IMG/VR virus record: IMGVR_UViG_3300002446_000068
Span: 1 to 64,000 of that record
Strand: one strand, 5' to 3'
Source of the DNA: a virus
Taxonomy: Duplodnaviria > Caudoviricetes
DNA: 64,000 bases
The notes under the pieces are model-generated. The model had not been told where the DNA came from. It did no database searches and saw only the letters and a program-made list of their open reading frames with translations. This document shows, one piece after another, positions 47,062-55,302 of the stretch. Positions within the stretch are counted from its first letter, which is position 1. Each line of letters starts with the position of its first letter. Both the position numbers and the translations under genes were made by a program.

Positions 47062-48459
47062 ATGAAGGTCACACTACACCTAATCGGTCCAGCCCCCGCA
47101 TGGGCGCAAACCTACCTGGCCCGTTCAGGAGCCAAGACTGTAAAGGGACTGAACTGGTATCCCAAGTGGCCGGGAATTGAGACAATTGGCCGCATCTACA
47201 ACGATGCCACCAAGGAGCCAGAACCGCTGGCCAGCTTGATTCGGCGTGGAGCAGCAGGCGCAGACGACCTATTCCAGATTGTGTGGCCCGAAGTCGAAAA
47301 GAACCCGCACGTCTCCATCTGGGAGTTGTACAACGAAGCCCCCATCTGGCAAGCGGACATTCTGGCAAAGTTCCCAGAGTTTAACCAGCGGCTCATCTCA
47401 CTCATGCACTCGCGTGGGCGCAAGATATGCGTCGGGGCTATCAACACGTACTGGCCCCGTCCCTACCAGTACCAGGCGATTGCCGATGCCTGCCAGGGTG
47501 CAGACGGCCTATCATTCCACGAGTATGCCAAAAAGGACATGAGGGACGACCCGGACATTCTGCACTACCGTGACTTTCACGACTGGTGCGTAGAGCACAA
47601 CCGCACCCACCCGCCTGTCTGGATCACCGAATGTGGGCTAGACGAGATAGGTGGGCCCGACCACGGGCACTGGGGTTGGAGCGGTATCCTCAACAACAAC
47701 GCAGACGCCTACGCCGATATGCTATCCTGGTACAATGCCCAGTTATGTCAAGATGATTATGTAGTCGCCGCTACTGTATTCACAACGGGCGGCGGCTGGA
47801 ATCAATTCGAGTTTGGAGAATCTGTCGCAATGAAACTGGCAGACAGAATCGGCGGTGGAACAGGGCCGGGCCCGACACCGCCAGACAATGGAAATGGAGG
47901 GAATAGTATGGGTATCACATTCAAATGGTATGACGGCAGTGTAGTCACGGAGAGTAGGTTCCGTGAAGAGTTCGGGAACTTTATCATCACCACCCCACCC
48001 ACTGCGGAGTACAAGCTGGTCGAGATGAGGGCCGCCAGTGGGTACAGCACCTTCATCGCCGCTATCCTGAAAAAAGACGGCAAGCCCGACATAGGCCGCT
48101 TCCTGCGGTATGAGTGGCCCGATGGGGTGGCGCTGGACCCCGTAAAGGAGAATGGAAATACAGAACATCCTATGGGCGGCGGCGAGAATTACTTTGTAGA
48201 CCAACATGGGCGTGGCCCCGTCACAGCGTCGGTCAACGGTGTCAAGAGCGACAGCGTGCAGGGTGTGGGGTGGCTGGGGGGCACAAACCACCACCACTTT
48301 GACGTGACCTTTCGCAAGGTGGACCTGGTCCCTGAACCCGAGCCGGAGCCTGAACCCGAGCCGGAGCCTTCCCCAAACCTTGAAGCTCTGCGCGCCCTGC
48401 TACACGACATCCGAGACAAGATTGACACGGCGCTTGCAATGGTGGAGGCGATGGGATGA
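47062..48459 (+). CDS. Clan GH-A (TIM-barrel) glycoside hydrolase, putative endolysin
   Basis: ELYNEA acid/base, SFHEY, VWITECG nucleophile; Pro/Gly linker; second domain; PE-repeat; C-terminal helix. Confidence 0.7.
   Translation: MKVTLHLIGPAPAWAQTYLARSGAKTVKGLNWYPKWPGIETIGRIYNDATKEPEPLASLIRRGAAGADDLFQIVWPEVEKNPHVSIWELYNEAPIWQADILAKFPEFNQRLISLMHSRGRKICVGAINTYWPRPYQYQAIADACQGADGLSFHEYAKKDMRDDPDILHYRDFHDWCVEHNRTHPPVWITECGLDEIGGPDHGHWGWSGILNNNADAYADMLSWYNAQLCQDDYVVAATVFTTGGGWNQFEFGESVAMKLADRIGGGTGPGPTPPDNGNGGNSMGITFKWYDGSVVTESRFREEFGNFIITTPPTAEYKLVEMRAASGYSTFIAAILKKDGKPDIGRFLRYEWPDGVALDPVKENGNTEHPMGGGENYFVDQHGRGPVTASVNGVKSDSVQGVGWLGGTNHHHFDVTFRKVDLVPEPEPEPEPEPEPSPNLEALRALLHDIRDKIDTALAMVEAMG
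48331..48366 (+). repeat. 18-bp tandem duplication encoding (PE)n linker
   Basis: CCTGAACCCGAGCCGGAG x2. Confidence 0.9.
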
Positions 48460-49607
48460 TAGTCCCTGAATCTGTTTCTGGCCGACCTGTCACCAACAGA
48501 GGAGTTCACCTACAACCGTCTGGGCAGCATACAGCCTGGATGAAACGGGCCGACTACTGGATCAAGCTCTTGGTAGACATGAACATGTCGTGGGTCACAG
48601 TCCTTAGTGATAGTGATGCCTTCCTTACCAGCGGGGCAGCAAAGGCGCTGCTCGACGCTGGCATTATCCCCATCGTGCGATTCGCCTACACATTCCCAGG
48701 ACCGTGGACCCACGCCGACTTGACCGAGAAATTCGTCAACCTGTATGCCAAGTACAATGCCCCGTGCATCATCCAGTTTGCCAACGAACCATTCGATTCC
48801 AGAGAGTGGCGCAACGGAGAGGTCCCGGACTATGAGACAGCATGGGGCATTATCGCCAAGCGGTGGGAGGAAGCGGCACGTGCCATCGTCGCGACGGGGG
48901 CCTATGCAGGGTTTCCAGATGGACCGTGTTACAGCGAGAATCCCTTTATGCGTATCGCATCGACATATGATTTGTGGCATGTCGAAAAATGCGTGTATCT
49001 TGGGCATTTCTACGCCAAGGGACGGCCTCTCCACTGCCCCTATGATGATGTAAGTAGCTACGGGACTCCGCTCACAGAAGCCGAGTACCGAGCCGCACTA
49101 GATGACTTTGCCGACGACCCGAATTGGCACGATGTACCCCTTGAGGTTATAAACAGGGCACGCCGAGAGCAGGCTGACCCGCACCGCACAGCACTTGACG
49201 ATGATGTTTGTTGGAGAGGCTGGGAGAAAGTGGACTATTATGCAAACGAAGCATTAGACCACTCTGTACCGATGGCTATGACAGAGGGGGGATGGACGCC
49301 CAGGGACCGAGCCGGTAGCGGGCCAGACTGTGACCTGCGTTGGCCATTGACCACGCCCAAAATGGTTGCCAAGCATACTGTGGGCATGTTCAACACGACG
49401 TCCCCATTGTTCGCTATATGCCCTTGGCTTCTAGCGTCCCAGGACATGGGAGCAAGCGGGTGGCCGGACGATTGTTGGGTGGGGTACGCCTATGAGGACA
49501 AATATGGCCGTGAGAAACCAGTGGTAAAGGCACTCAAAAAGAAAGAGCCTACGCTAGTCGAATTGCTCCGAGAAGCGCAGGCTCTGGCACGTGAACTTGG
49601 AATCTAG
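48456..49607 (+). CDS. Second clan GH-A-like glycoside hydrolase
   Basis: IQFANEP, GHFY, MAMTEGG motifs. Confidence 0.65.
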   Translation: MIVPESVSGRPVTNRGVHLQPSGQHTAWMKRADYWIKLLVDMNMSWVTVLSDSDAFLTSGAAKALLDAGIIPIVRFAYTFPGPWTHADLTEKFVNLYAKYNAPCIIQFANEPFDSREWRNGEVPDYETAWGIIAKRWEEAARAIVATGAYAGFPDGPCYSENPFMRIASTYDLWHVEKCVYLGHFYAKGRPLHCPYDDVSSYGTPLTEAEYRAALDDFADDPNWHDVPLEVINRARREQADPHRTALDDDVCWRGWEKVDYYANEALDHSVPMAMTEGGWTPRDRAGSGPDCDLRWPLTTPKMVAKHTVGMFNTTSPLFAICPWLLASQDMGASGWPDDCWVGYAYEDKYGREKPVVKALKKKEPTLVELLREAQALARELGI

Positions 49608-49837
49608 CCGAGCGATTCGTCGATAGACGTTGGGCGCTCAAAGCCAGAACTGTATTCGAGCCGGGGGCCAATGTCAGAATCATTGGGTCCTTCTTTTAGT
49701 TTGCGCCAAGCCCTCACTTCTCTTTTCCAATGTCGGTCTGACGCAATGCAGGCCACAATCAAGAGACACCCTATGCCCAACGGGATCAGCACCGCGACAA
49801 CCACTAGAATCACAATGGCCCACTCTACGTCTGTCAT
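49604..49837 (-). CDS. Small membrane protein
   Basis: MTDVEWAIVILVVVAVLIPLGIGCLLIVAC; ATGA coupling. Confidence 0.5.
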   Translation of the reverse strand: MTDVEWAIVILVVVAVLIPLGIGCLLIVACIASDRHWKREVRAWRKLKEGPNDSDIGPRLEYSSGFERPTSIDESLG

Positions 49838-50022
49838 AGCGATTCCAGCAGTTTCTCTATCCGTAGTAAAGCCTGCTCGATACGCTCCAAGATGGCATGA
49901 TAATTGGGCTGGTATGTTTCGGGGAACGCAGCACGTCCTTGACATAAATGCTGCTCTCCAGATTTCACGACGCGCCCACACAACATGCACGTCCACTCAC
50001 TGCGGTCTGTTGTCTCGTACAT
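49834..50022 (-). CDS. Small Cys-containing hypothetical protein
   Basis: CMLCG...HLC; start uncertain. Confidence 0.4.
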   Translation of the reverse strand: MYETTDRSEWTCMLCGRVVKSGEQHLCQGRAAFPETYQPNYHAILERIEQALLRIEKLLESL

Positions 50023-50287
50023 TATCAGCCTCCATCTGGCACTCCGAGCACCAGTGTGTTGACAGTCCAGACACTGCAACGTCCCATCGCAACGCAGAAC
50101 GTGGATGGCCGCACTGCATGATTTCGGTGAGGTCTGGTAGCAATTTCACCCAATTGATTGCCGCTTCCACGCCCATCACATCTGCTACCAGAATAGCACT
50201 CCACCTGTGCCACCCGTTGATACCGGGCTTGTTGTCCAAAGCATCGAGCAACCGCACATCAACAATCACGTCGCTGGGTTCTTTCAT
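49997..50287 (-). CDS. Hypothetical protein
   Basis: MQCGHP...WCSEC motif. Confidence 0.5.
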   Translation of the reverse strand: MKEPSDVIVDVRLLDALDNKPGINGWHRWSAILVADVMGVEAAINWVKLLPDLTEIMQCGHPRSALRWDVAVSGLSTHWCSECQMEADNVRDNRPQ

Positions 50288-50343
50288 TGTATCCCCCTAT
50301 GTCTGCGATGGGACGGAATTCGTCCCTTTCAATACAGCGGACA

Positions 50344-50586
50344 TTATTCTTCCTCATACCGAGCGCAAGCATCCCAGCCTGCATAGTGGTCGGTTGCGGG
50401 GCCACGTGTGCTACGCCGCAAGTCACACTTCAGGTATCGCTTGCTTGTCCCGCCCTGCGCATACAAGTGCTTGCAGGTCTTACAGGTCTTTCTCTCTGGC
50501 CCACGCCCATAAAGATGCACGCAGGGATTGACCTTGCGGCTCACCGTCTTTAGTTCGGGCGGGCCAACGTCAAACAGCTCGTTCAT
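50344..50586 (-). CDS. Cys-rich hypothetical protein
   Basis: CKTCKHL...KCDL...ACARY; GGAGG RBS. Confidence 0.6.
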   Translation of the reverse strand: MNELFDVGPPELKTVSRKVNPCVHLYGRGPERKTCKTCKHLYAQGGTSKRYLKCDLRRSTRGPATDHYAGWDACARYEEE

Positions 50587-50708
50587 CTCCGCCTCCGTTT
50601 CTTTGGGTTATTCTCATCAAACTCTTTCACCCGCTTTTTCACGTCCTTTGCAAATCCAACGGAGGACAATACCCCAATCAAAATCGCCACAAATATCAAG
50701 AGTTCCAT
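50583..50708 (-). CDS. 41-aa membrane microprotein
   Basis: Hand translation MELLIFVAILIGVLSSVGFAKDVKKRVKEFDENNPKKRRRR; ATGA coupling to next gene. Confidence 0.5.
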   Translation of the reverse strand: MELLIFVAILIGVLSSVGFAKDVKKRVKEFDENNPKKRRRR

Positions 50709-50775
50709 CACTTCCCCTTTCGCCACTTTGATTCAAACAGCTTGGACCGAGACTCCCCGTTCTTGTCTGTAACCA

Positions 50776-50982
50776 TTACCCATCTACGATTCTCTTGACC
50801 ATCAAACGAAAGGCCAAGGATGTCGCTCGGACACCAGACTCGAACGATGTAGCACGAAATACGCTGTTACACAAAGGACACAAAAACTTGCCGTTGCCGA
50901 TTGCGGGGCAGTATCGGTTATGGCAATTCGGGCAGACTTGATAAGCCATCCACTTCTTCCTTGACCCAAACCAGGGTATCAT
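50776..50982 (-). CDS. Zn-ribbon hypothetical protein
   Basis: CPNC...CPLC; start uncertain. Confidence 0.45.
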   Translation of the reverse strand: MIPWFGSRKKWMAYQVCPNCHNRYCPAIGNGKFLCPLCNSVFRATSFESGVRATSLAFRLMVKRIVDG

Positions 50983-51178
50983 CGTCCAGTTCCGCTACCG
51001 AATACTGCCCACGCGGACCGCAACTCTCGCAATTGACAGATATGAGTTTCTTTTTGGTGTGGCTGTACAGCGGGTCCCACTGTTCCACCTTGGTCCACCA
51101 AGGACGGCTACCGCCAAGCGTCCACCGTTGAAACTTTGCCCCCACCTCCAACTGTCCGAAAGGAATCTGTACCTTCAC
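50918..51178 (-). CDS. Hypothetical protein
   Basis: GAGGAGG RBS, coupled to upstream stop. Confidence 0.55.
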   Translation of the reverse strand: MKVQIPFGQLEVGAKFQRWTLGGSRPWWTKVEQWDPLYSHTKKKLISVNCESCGPRGQYSVAELDDDTLVWVKEEVDGLSSLPELP

Positions 51179-51354
51179 GATTCCTCCTCATGGCGGGCCG
51201 CATATGTGTCCATCCAGTAGGCCAGCAACTCCCGCGCCTCTTTTCTGGTAAGCCCGAACGCACCCTGCACGTAAGGCGCAGCCATAAACATATTGGTGAC
51301 ACCAGATTCCCGCAACTTATCCAGAAATTGCAACTGTTCTTCCGTCCACTCCAT
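51175..51354 (-). CDS. Conserved small phage protein
   Basis: FLDKLRESGVTNMFMAAPYV..AFGL...A..LL.YWM family signature. Confidence 0.7.
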   Translation of the reverse strand: MEWTEEQLQFLDKLRESGVTNMFMAAPYVQGAFGLTRKEARELLAYWMDTYAARHEEES

Positions 51355-51364
51355 CGACAGTCTC

Positions 51365-51577
51365 CTATGGGGCGTTCGCGTCCCGCGTCTCCTGATATTC
51401 GTTATAGTCCGCTGGCGGCTGCCATGCGGGTTCCGGTGTTTGCCGGATGGTCGTCCAGTGGGGCTTGGGGGTTGCGCAGGTGTCCAGCGCACGGTCTCCT
51501 GGCGTACCCCACTCGCAAGCCAACATCATAACGAACACCAGTAACGCAAGCATAACAATTCCCAATCGCCTCACCAT
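51365..51577 (-). CDS. Putative lipoprotein
   Basis: Basic N-terminus, hydrophobic stretch, MLAC lipobox-like; GGAGG RBS. Confidence 0.55.
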   Translation of the reverse strand: MVRRLGIVMLALLVFVMMLACEWGTPGDRALDTCATPKPHWTTIRQTPEPAWQPPADYNEYQETRDANAP

Positions 51578-51684
51578 ATGAACCTCCAGTTCCCGCTTAG
51601 TGCAAATATCGTCAAGGCCTGAGGCCCACCCCTACCGAGCATCTCGATGAAAGGGCCACAAAACTCAGTAGGGGTGGGAGCCTG

Positions 51685-52083
51685 TCAAACCTTCAACGCT
51701 TCCTCGAGAGTTAGTGGTCGGCCAAAGCCGCATACATCGCCCAAGTCCTCGAACTGCCCGTCTGGCTGCAAGTCGGTTACATAGTAGGCCACGTCGCGGC
51801 TGCTATAGCCGCACCAGCGAAATTGAGAGAGGCGCTTCATCATCCCTCGAGCCTCGTCGCTGCCATCATAACCGCCAAATTCGTAGCCGGTCGTTACGTA
51901 TCCAAGCTGACCGGCCACGATGCTGTCTAGTTCCTCTGGCGTGAAGTCCTCTGCCAGGGCGAGCCATGCCGGACCGTCAGGCTCGCCGCCGTTATCATCG
52001 AACTGATACCCTTCCAGGAGCGGCCAAACCCGCTCCACCTCGTTGCCAAATAGGACTACCAACTCGACAGCTCGCTTCTCCAT
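51685..52083 (-). CDS. Hypothetical protein
   Basis: AGAGG RBS, acidic 132 aa. Confidence 0.65.
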   Translation of the reverse strand: MEKRAVELVVLFGNEVERVWPLLEGYQFDDNGGEPDGPAWLALAEDFTPEELDSIVAGQLGYVTTGYEFGGYDGSDEARGMMKRLSQFRWCGYSSRDVAYYVTDLQPDGQFEDLGDVCGFGRPLTLEEALKV

Positions 52084-52133
52084 CGCAAACCTCTTTCTGC
52101 CGGCTTTTCGCCCGACCGGCGGGGCATCGTGAC

Positions 52134-52358
52134 TTAGCTTTTTGCGACAACCCAGTCGCTGAACTCCTTGGCGCTCATTTCCTGGATGTTTTTCGCGATT
52201 TCTTCGCCAAGGTCGGTCGTAAACTTTCCCCGAAGTACGTGACCCAGGTTCCTGGCCACCCGCTCAACCATCGGCTGTGTGATTCTGCCAACCATGTAGT
52301 CCCACAGCCAGTCCTCTAATTCATTTGCGCCTCTGGGCAATTCTTGCAACTGTACCAC
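52134..52358 (-). CDS. Hypothetical protein
   Basis: AAGGAGGT RBS upstream. Confidence 0.6.
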   Translation of the reverse strand: MVQLQELPRGANELEDWLWDYMVGRITQPMVERVARNLGHVLRGKFTTDLGEEIAKNIQEMSAKEFSDWVVAKS

Positions 52359-52388
52359 TTCCCTACCTCCTTTCGTTCGCTTCCAACC

Positions 52389-52442
52389 TTAGAATTGGGG
52401 CGGTACCGATTTGCGCGGTGCATCGGGTTATTACTTCGCTAC
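52389..52442. repeat. 54-bp direct repeat copy (46/54 identical to 53291-53344)
   Basis: Hand alignment; 8 differences, all transitions. Confidence 0.9.
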
Positions 52443-52453
52443 ACACACCTCCC

Positions 52454-52555
52454 TCACGAACTCAATGCAAATATCGCCACGCAAGCCACTATGCACACCA
52501 CAATCACAACCACCAGTAACATTGCCTCTTGGGGAGTCAAATCATCACTTCTCAC
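52454..52555 (-). CDS. 33-aa membrane microprotein
   Basis: MRSDDLTPQEAMLLVVVIVVCIVACVAIFALSS. Confidence 0.45.
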   Translation of the reverse strand: MRSDDLTPQEAMLLVVVIVVCIVACVAIFALSS

Positions 52556-53279
52556 TGATTGCCTCCTGTTTCCATTCGTACACAACCGCGGCGGCTGGCC
52601 CGGCGTGAAGCCGCCACGTTTTCCCGTCGAAGGCAGGGACAAATCCCCGTTCCCACAGGCCTACTGCTGCCTGGAACGGATATGAGCCGGGCTCGTGAGA
52701 AACATACTTCCACTTGTCCAACCTGAAAAAACTGCCAATGTATGCCCACACGCTGTCCCACACGCTGTCCCACACCCTGTTCCACAGGATGTCCCACAGG
52801 CTATCCCACACGCTGTCACACACACTGGCCCACACGCCGGCCCCCTCGCTGTCCCACACACTGTCCCTCACGCTGGCCCTCACGTTGGCCCTCACGTTGG
52901 CCCACTTACGAGCGAGAGCTACAATTTCTTCATTCACCTCTCCCGCATCAATTTGGAACGGGTGAATGATAGGCTTGACAATCAGTTCGGGGGCAATGGT
53001 GGTCCAATCCATATTGCGGCAAAACTCTTCAACTGCTGCACTGTCGTCAGTGCTATTCAATTTGTCTACCTTGAATTTGCCGGTGAGCATGTTGTACTCG
53101 TACTTGTTGAGTGTATCCTCATCACGCCCCCGTACCCCATGATAATGCGCGATGCTGGTATGGCTATCGGTATCTTGGTACGGCGTTTCGCCGTTAATGA
53201 TTTTCCGGCGCATCTCGGCATCAAAATAGAACATCTTGCCGGTACCATCACTAACACAACTGAAAAACTCACACATCAT
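52545..53279 (-). CDS. Phage protein with V[WR]xS tetrapeptide repeats
   Basis: AAGGAGG RBS before ATG 53279; WANVRANVRASVRDSVWDS...VWDSVWDSVWAY. Confidence 0.75.
   Translation of the reverse strand: MMCEFFSCVSDGTGKMFYFDAEMRRKIINGETPYQDTDSHTSIAHYHGVRGRDEDTLNKYEYNMLTGKFKVDKLNSTDDSAAVEEFCRNMDWTTIAPELIVKPIIHPFQIDAGEVNEEIVALARKWANVRANVRASVRDSVWDSEGAGVWASVCDSVWDSLWDILWNRVWDSVWDSVWAYIGSFFRLDKWKYVSHEPGSYPFQAAVGLWERGFVPAFDGKTWRLHAGPAAAVVYEWKQEAISEK
52745..52904. repeat. Degenerate 12-bp tandem repeats (coding)
   Basis: GTCCCACACGCT-like units. Confidence 0.8.
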
Positions 53280-53297
53280 TTGCCTCCTTTTTAGAAT

Positions 53298-53376
53298 TGG
53301 GGCGGCACCGACTTGCACGGTGCACTGGGCTACTACTTCGCCACCCAAGGCCGGTTCTACCACGGCCACCCGCCCC
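53298..53376 (-). ncRNA. tRNA-like structured RNA without canonical anticodon loop
   Basis: GGGGCGG/CCGCCCC acceptor + A; GGCCG-TGGTAGAAC-CGGCC D-like arm; CACCG-TGCAAGT-CGGTG T-like arm. Confidence 0.55.
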
Positions 53377-53383
53377 CACGTTC

Positions 53384-53482
53384 TTACAAAGCCAACACCA
53401 ATGCCATCCAGACGCCTACAGAGCAAAAGACTACCAAGACCAACATCACCATGCCCACGACCAACATGCCCTCGCCGGTCAT
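53384..53482 (-). CDS. 32-aa membrane microprotein
   Basis: MTGEGMLVVGMVMLVLVVFCSVGVWMALVLAL; ATGA coupling. Confidence 0.4.
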   Translation of the reverse strand: MTGEGMLVVGMVMLVLVVFCSVGVWMALVLAL

Positions 53483-53769
53483 GTAAGCGCCTTGATCAAC
53501 ATCCCCGCCAACAAGATCCCGCTCCCCATTATCAGCAGGAGCGTTCCGAAACAGCCATCGAAAAAACCCCCGCCGCTGCGCCACTCGTCCGGGTCGTTGC
53601 TGTGCTTGTTGTTGTCCTGCCGTGTCGCGTGAACCCCTGAAAAGCTCTGGCTTTTCAAATCCAGGTTCCCACTCACCCGACCGCCTCCGGTCGCTCCGCC
53701 TTTGTAATTTGTGATATGGACCGAACCGTCCTCGTTGTCCTTCCAACTGATTCCCCACTTGCCAGACAT
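53479..53769 (-). CDS. Hypothetical protein with C-terminal TM
   Basis: AGGAAAGAGG RBS; hydrophobic C-terminus. Confidence 0.5.
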   Translation of the reverse strand: MSGKWGISWKDNEDGSVHITNYKGGATGGGRVSGNLDLKSQSFSGVHATRQDNNKHSNDPDEWRSGGGFFDGCFGTLLLIMGSGILLAGMLIKALT

Positions 53770-53847
53770 CCTCTTTCCTCCCGTTCATCTTTGGTCTCCC
53801 TCCATAAGCCCGGCGTGGTGGGGGGTTCCCCACCGGACGCCGCCCGA

Positions 53848-54087
53848 CTAAATGAATCCCAAGACCAGCAGCCAGCTTGGGCGACCGTGCTCACACCAGC
53901 CGTCCGGTTCCACCCAACAGCCGTGCGGGCAAGCTGCCTCACACCCGCCGTCGCCTTCGTCCTCCACAAGCTCATCAAAGTCCGGGGGCTCCAATCCCTC
54001 ATCCTCCCACGGAGCCTCAAGGAGAACTTGTTCCTTTTCCTTCCGGTTCATCAGTTCATCCATCCTCTCAAAAGGGCAGTTAGATTG
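53848..54087 (-). CDS. Conserved small phage protein
   Basis: CEAACPHGCWVEPDGWCEHGRPSWLLVLGFI family signature; start uncertain. Confidence 0.65.
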   Translation of the reverse strand, partial: QSNCPFERMDELMNRKEKEQVLLEAPWEDEGLEPPDFDELVEDEGDGGCEAACPHGCWVEPDGWCEHGRPSWLLVLGFI

Positions 54088-54449
54088 AGAATCCGACCCG
54101 TCGCCGTCTTGCGGCCCTCTCGCCAATACAGGGGCAAGTCTCCCACAAACGGCTTGCCGCTATCCCACACGGTATAGCCGTCCAGATAACCAGAGTCCAA
54201 TGCCCTGGCCATCATGGTGCTGCCGTCCACAAACTCCACCAAGAACCAGTCCCCGCACTCCACTTCTCCTGATTCGTACCAAGAGAGGGGGACTGCAACC
54301 CAGGGCCCGGTTTCTTGTTCATATCGGTATCCTGGGCACTTGAGAGGCTTGCCCTCAAATTGAGGACCGCCGTAAAACGTGATGCCGCCCACCTCCCAGT
54401 CCTGTACAGACATTTGCAGAACAGCGGTGAGCATTGCTAGCATTTCCAT
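54051..54449 (-). CDS. RlpA/expansin-like double-psi beta-barrel protein
   Basis: ITFYGG...WVAVP...CGDWFLVE...ARALDSG...GDL pattern. Confidence 0.6.
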   Translation of the reverse strand: MEMLAMLTAVLQMSVQDWEVGGITFYGGPQFEGKPLKCPGYRYEQETGPWVAVPLSWYESGEVECGDWFLVEFVDGSTMMARALDSGYLDGYTVWDSGKPFVGDLPLYWREGRKTATGRILNLTALLRGWMN

Positions 54450-54540
54450 CCCAGCCTCTCCCTCTTTTTTAGGTTACGCAGACGCTTTGCATCAGAGGCC
54501 ACCAGCAGCCCAAAATACAGCGCCAGAACGATGATGACTA

Positions 54541-55302
54541 TCATGCGTTGATGTTCCCTCCTACCCGCGCAACAATCCACCGGGCCACATTCTCTGGTAG
54601 TTCGATGATATCTCCTCCTTCCTTGTGGCAACTCACTGTCAAATACAGCAAGTCGTTTGCCCCAGGACGCTCATACACCGTATTAAAGTACAACTTGCCG
54701 CCCATGTACACAGCGTCCGTGGCGTAGATCTGTACGGCGCCCGATACCTCACTCACCAACTTTCGTGCTTGGCCCGGGTCCGGCAGGGCGGCGATTGCTT
54801 CTAAGAGGCCCTGGACAGAGCCTCCCGGAAGCTGGTCTACGTCAATGTGCGTTTCTATCTCGCCGTCTGGGTCAACAATGTTGGTGAGAACGTCTGCCCC
54901 TGCCGTGGGGCAGTACGCCAAGATGTTGAGAATCGACATCCAATCTGCACCCTGCTGGATGTAGCCGTGAATCTCCATGCACCGCTGGCGTACCAACCCC
55001 GCACTCATGGGTAGCCCCACGGACTGCAACCATGCCGACCACGATGAATATCCCGTTGCCTCCACAGCTTCCTTCCGTGTCGAAAGCCCCTCAAACAATT
55101 CCTTCTGGCGGTAACAGGCAATCAACGTTACCGCACGAACAGTCGCCCATGCCGTCGCCCCACGCCTTGCAATCGCATCAGGTATGAGCGGGTCAACGGT
55201 TGTCACCAGTGTTGTGATAAACTCCGGTTGTGACAGTGACACTATGTCACTTGGCAAACTGTCCAAGACCCACCTCCCACATAATGGCAGCGGTAGAAAC
55301 AT
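54541..55302 (-). CDS. Hypothetical protein
   Basis: Long ORF in replication arm; start uncertain. Confidence 0.65.
   Translation of the reverse strand: MFLPLPLCGRWVLDSLPSDIVSLSQPEFITTLVTTVDPLIPDAIARRGATAWATVRAVTLIACYRQKELFEGLSTRKEAVEATGYSSWSAWLQSVGLPMSAGLVRQRCMEIHGYIQQGADWMSILNILAYCPTAGADVLTNIVDPDGEIETHIDVDQLPGGSVQGLLEAIAALPDPGQARKLVSEVSGAVQIYATDAVYMGGKLYFNTVYERPGANDLLYLTVSCHKEGGDIIELPENVARWIVARVGGNINA

Noticed and set aside
51625-51678. Hammerhead ribozyme (GATGA..GAAA-like words in the loop)
   Set aside because: No CUGAUGA core with correctly placed stems II/III on either strand
51601-52476. Shared 11-mer TGCAAATATCG at 51601 and 52466 as an operator
   Set aside because: Chance 11-mer matches are expected to be numerous in 64 kb; no third copy noticed
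52389-53344. 54-bp repeat pair as a diversity-generating retroelement TR/VR (6 of 8 differences are A vs G on the minus strand)
   Set aside because: No reverse transcriptase in the window, all changes are transitions (DGR gives A to any base), two differences are not at template adenines, and neither copy lies at the 3' end of a target gene
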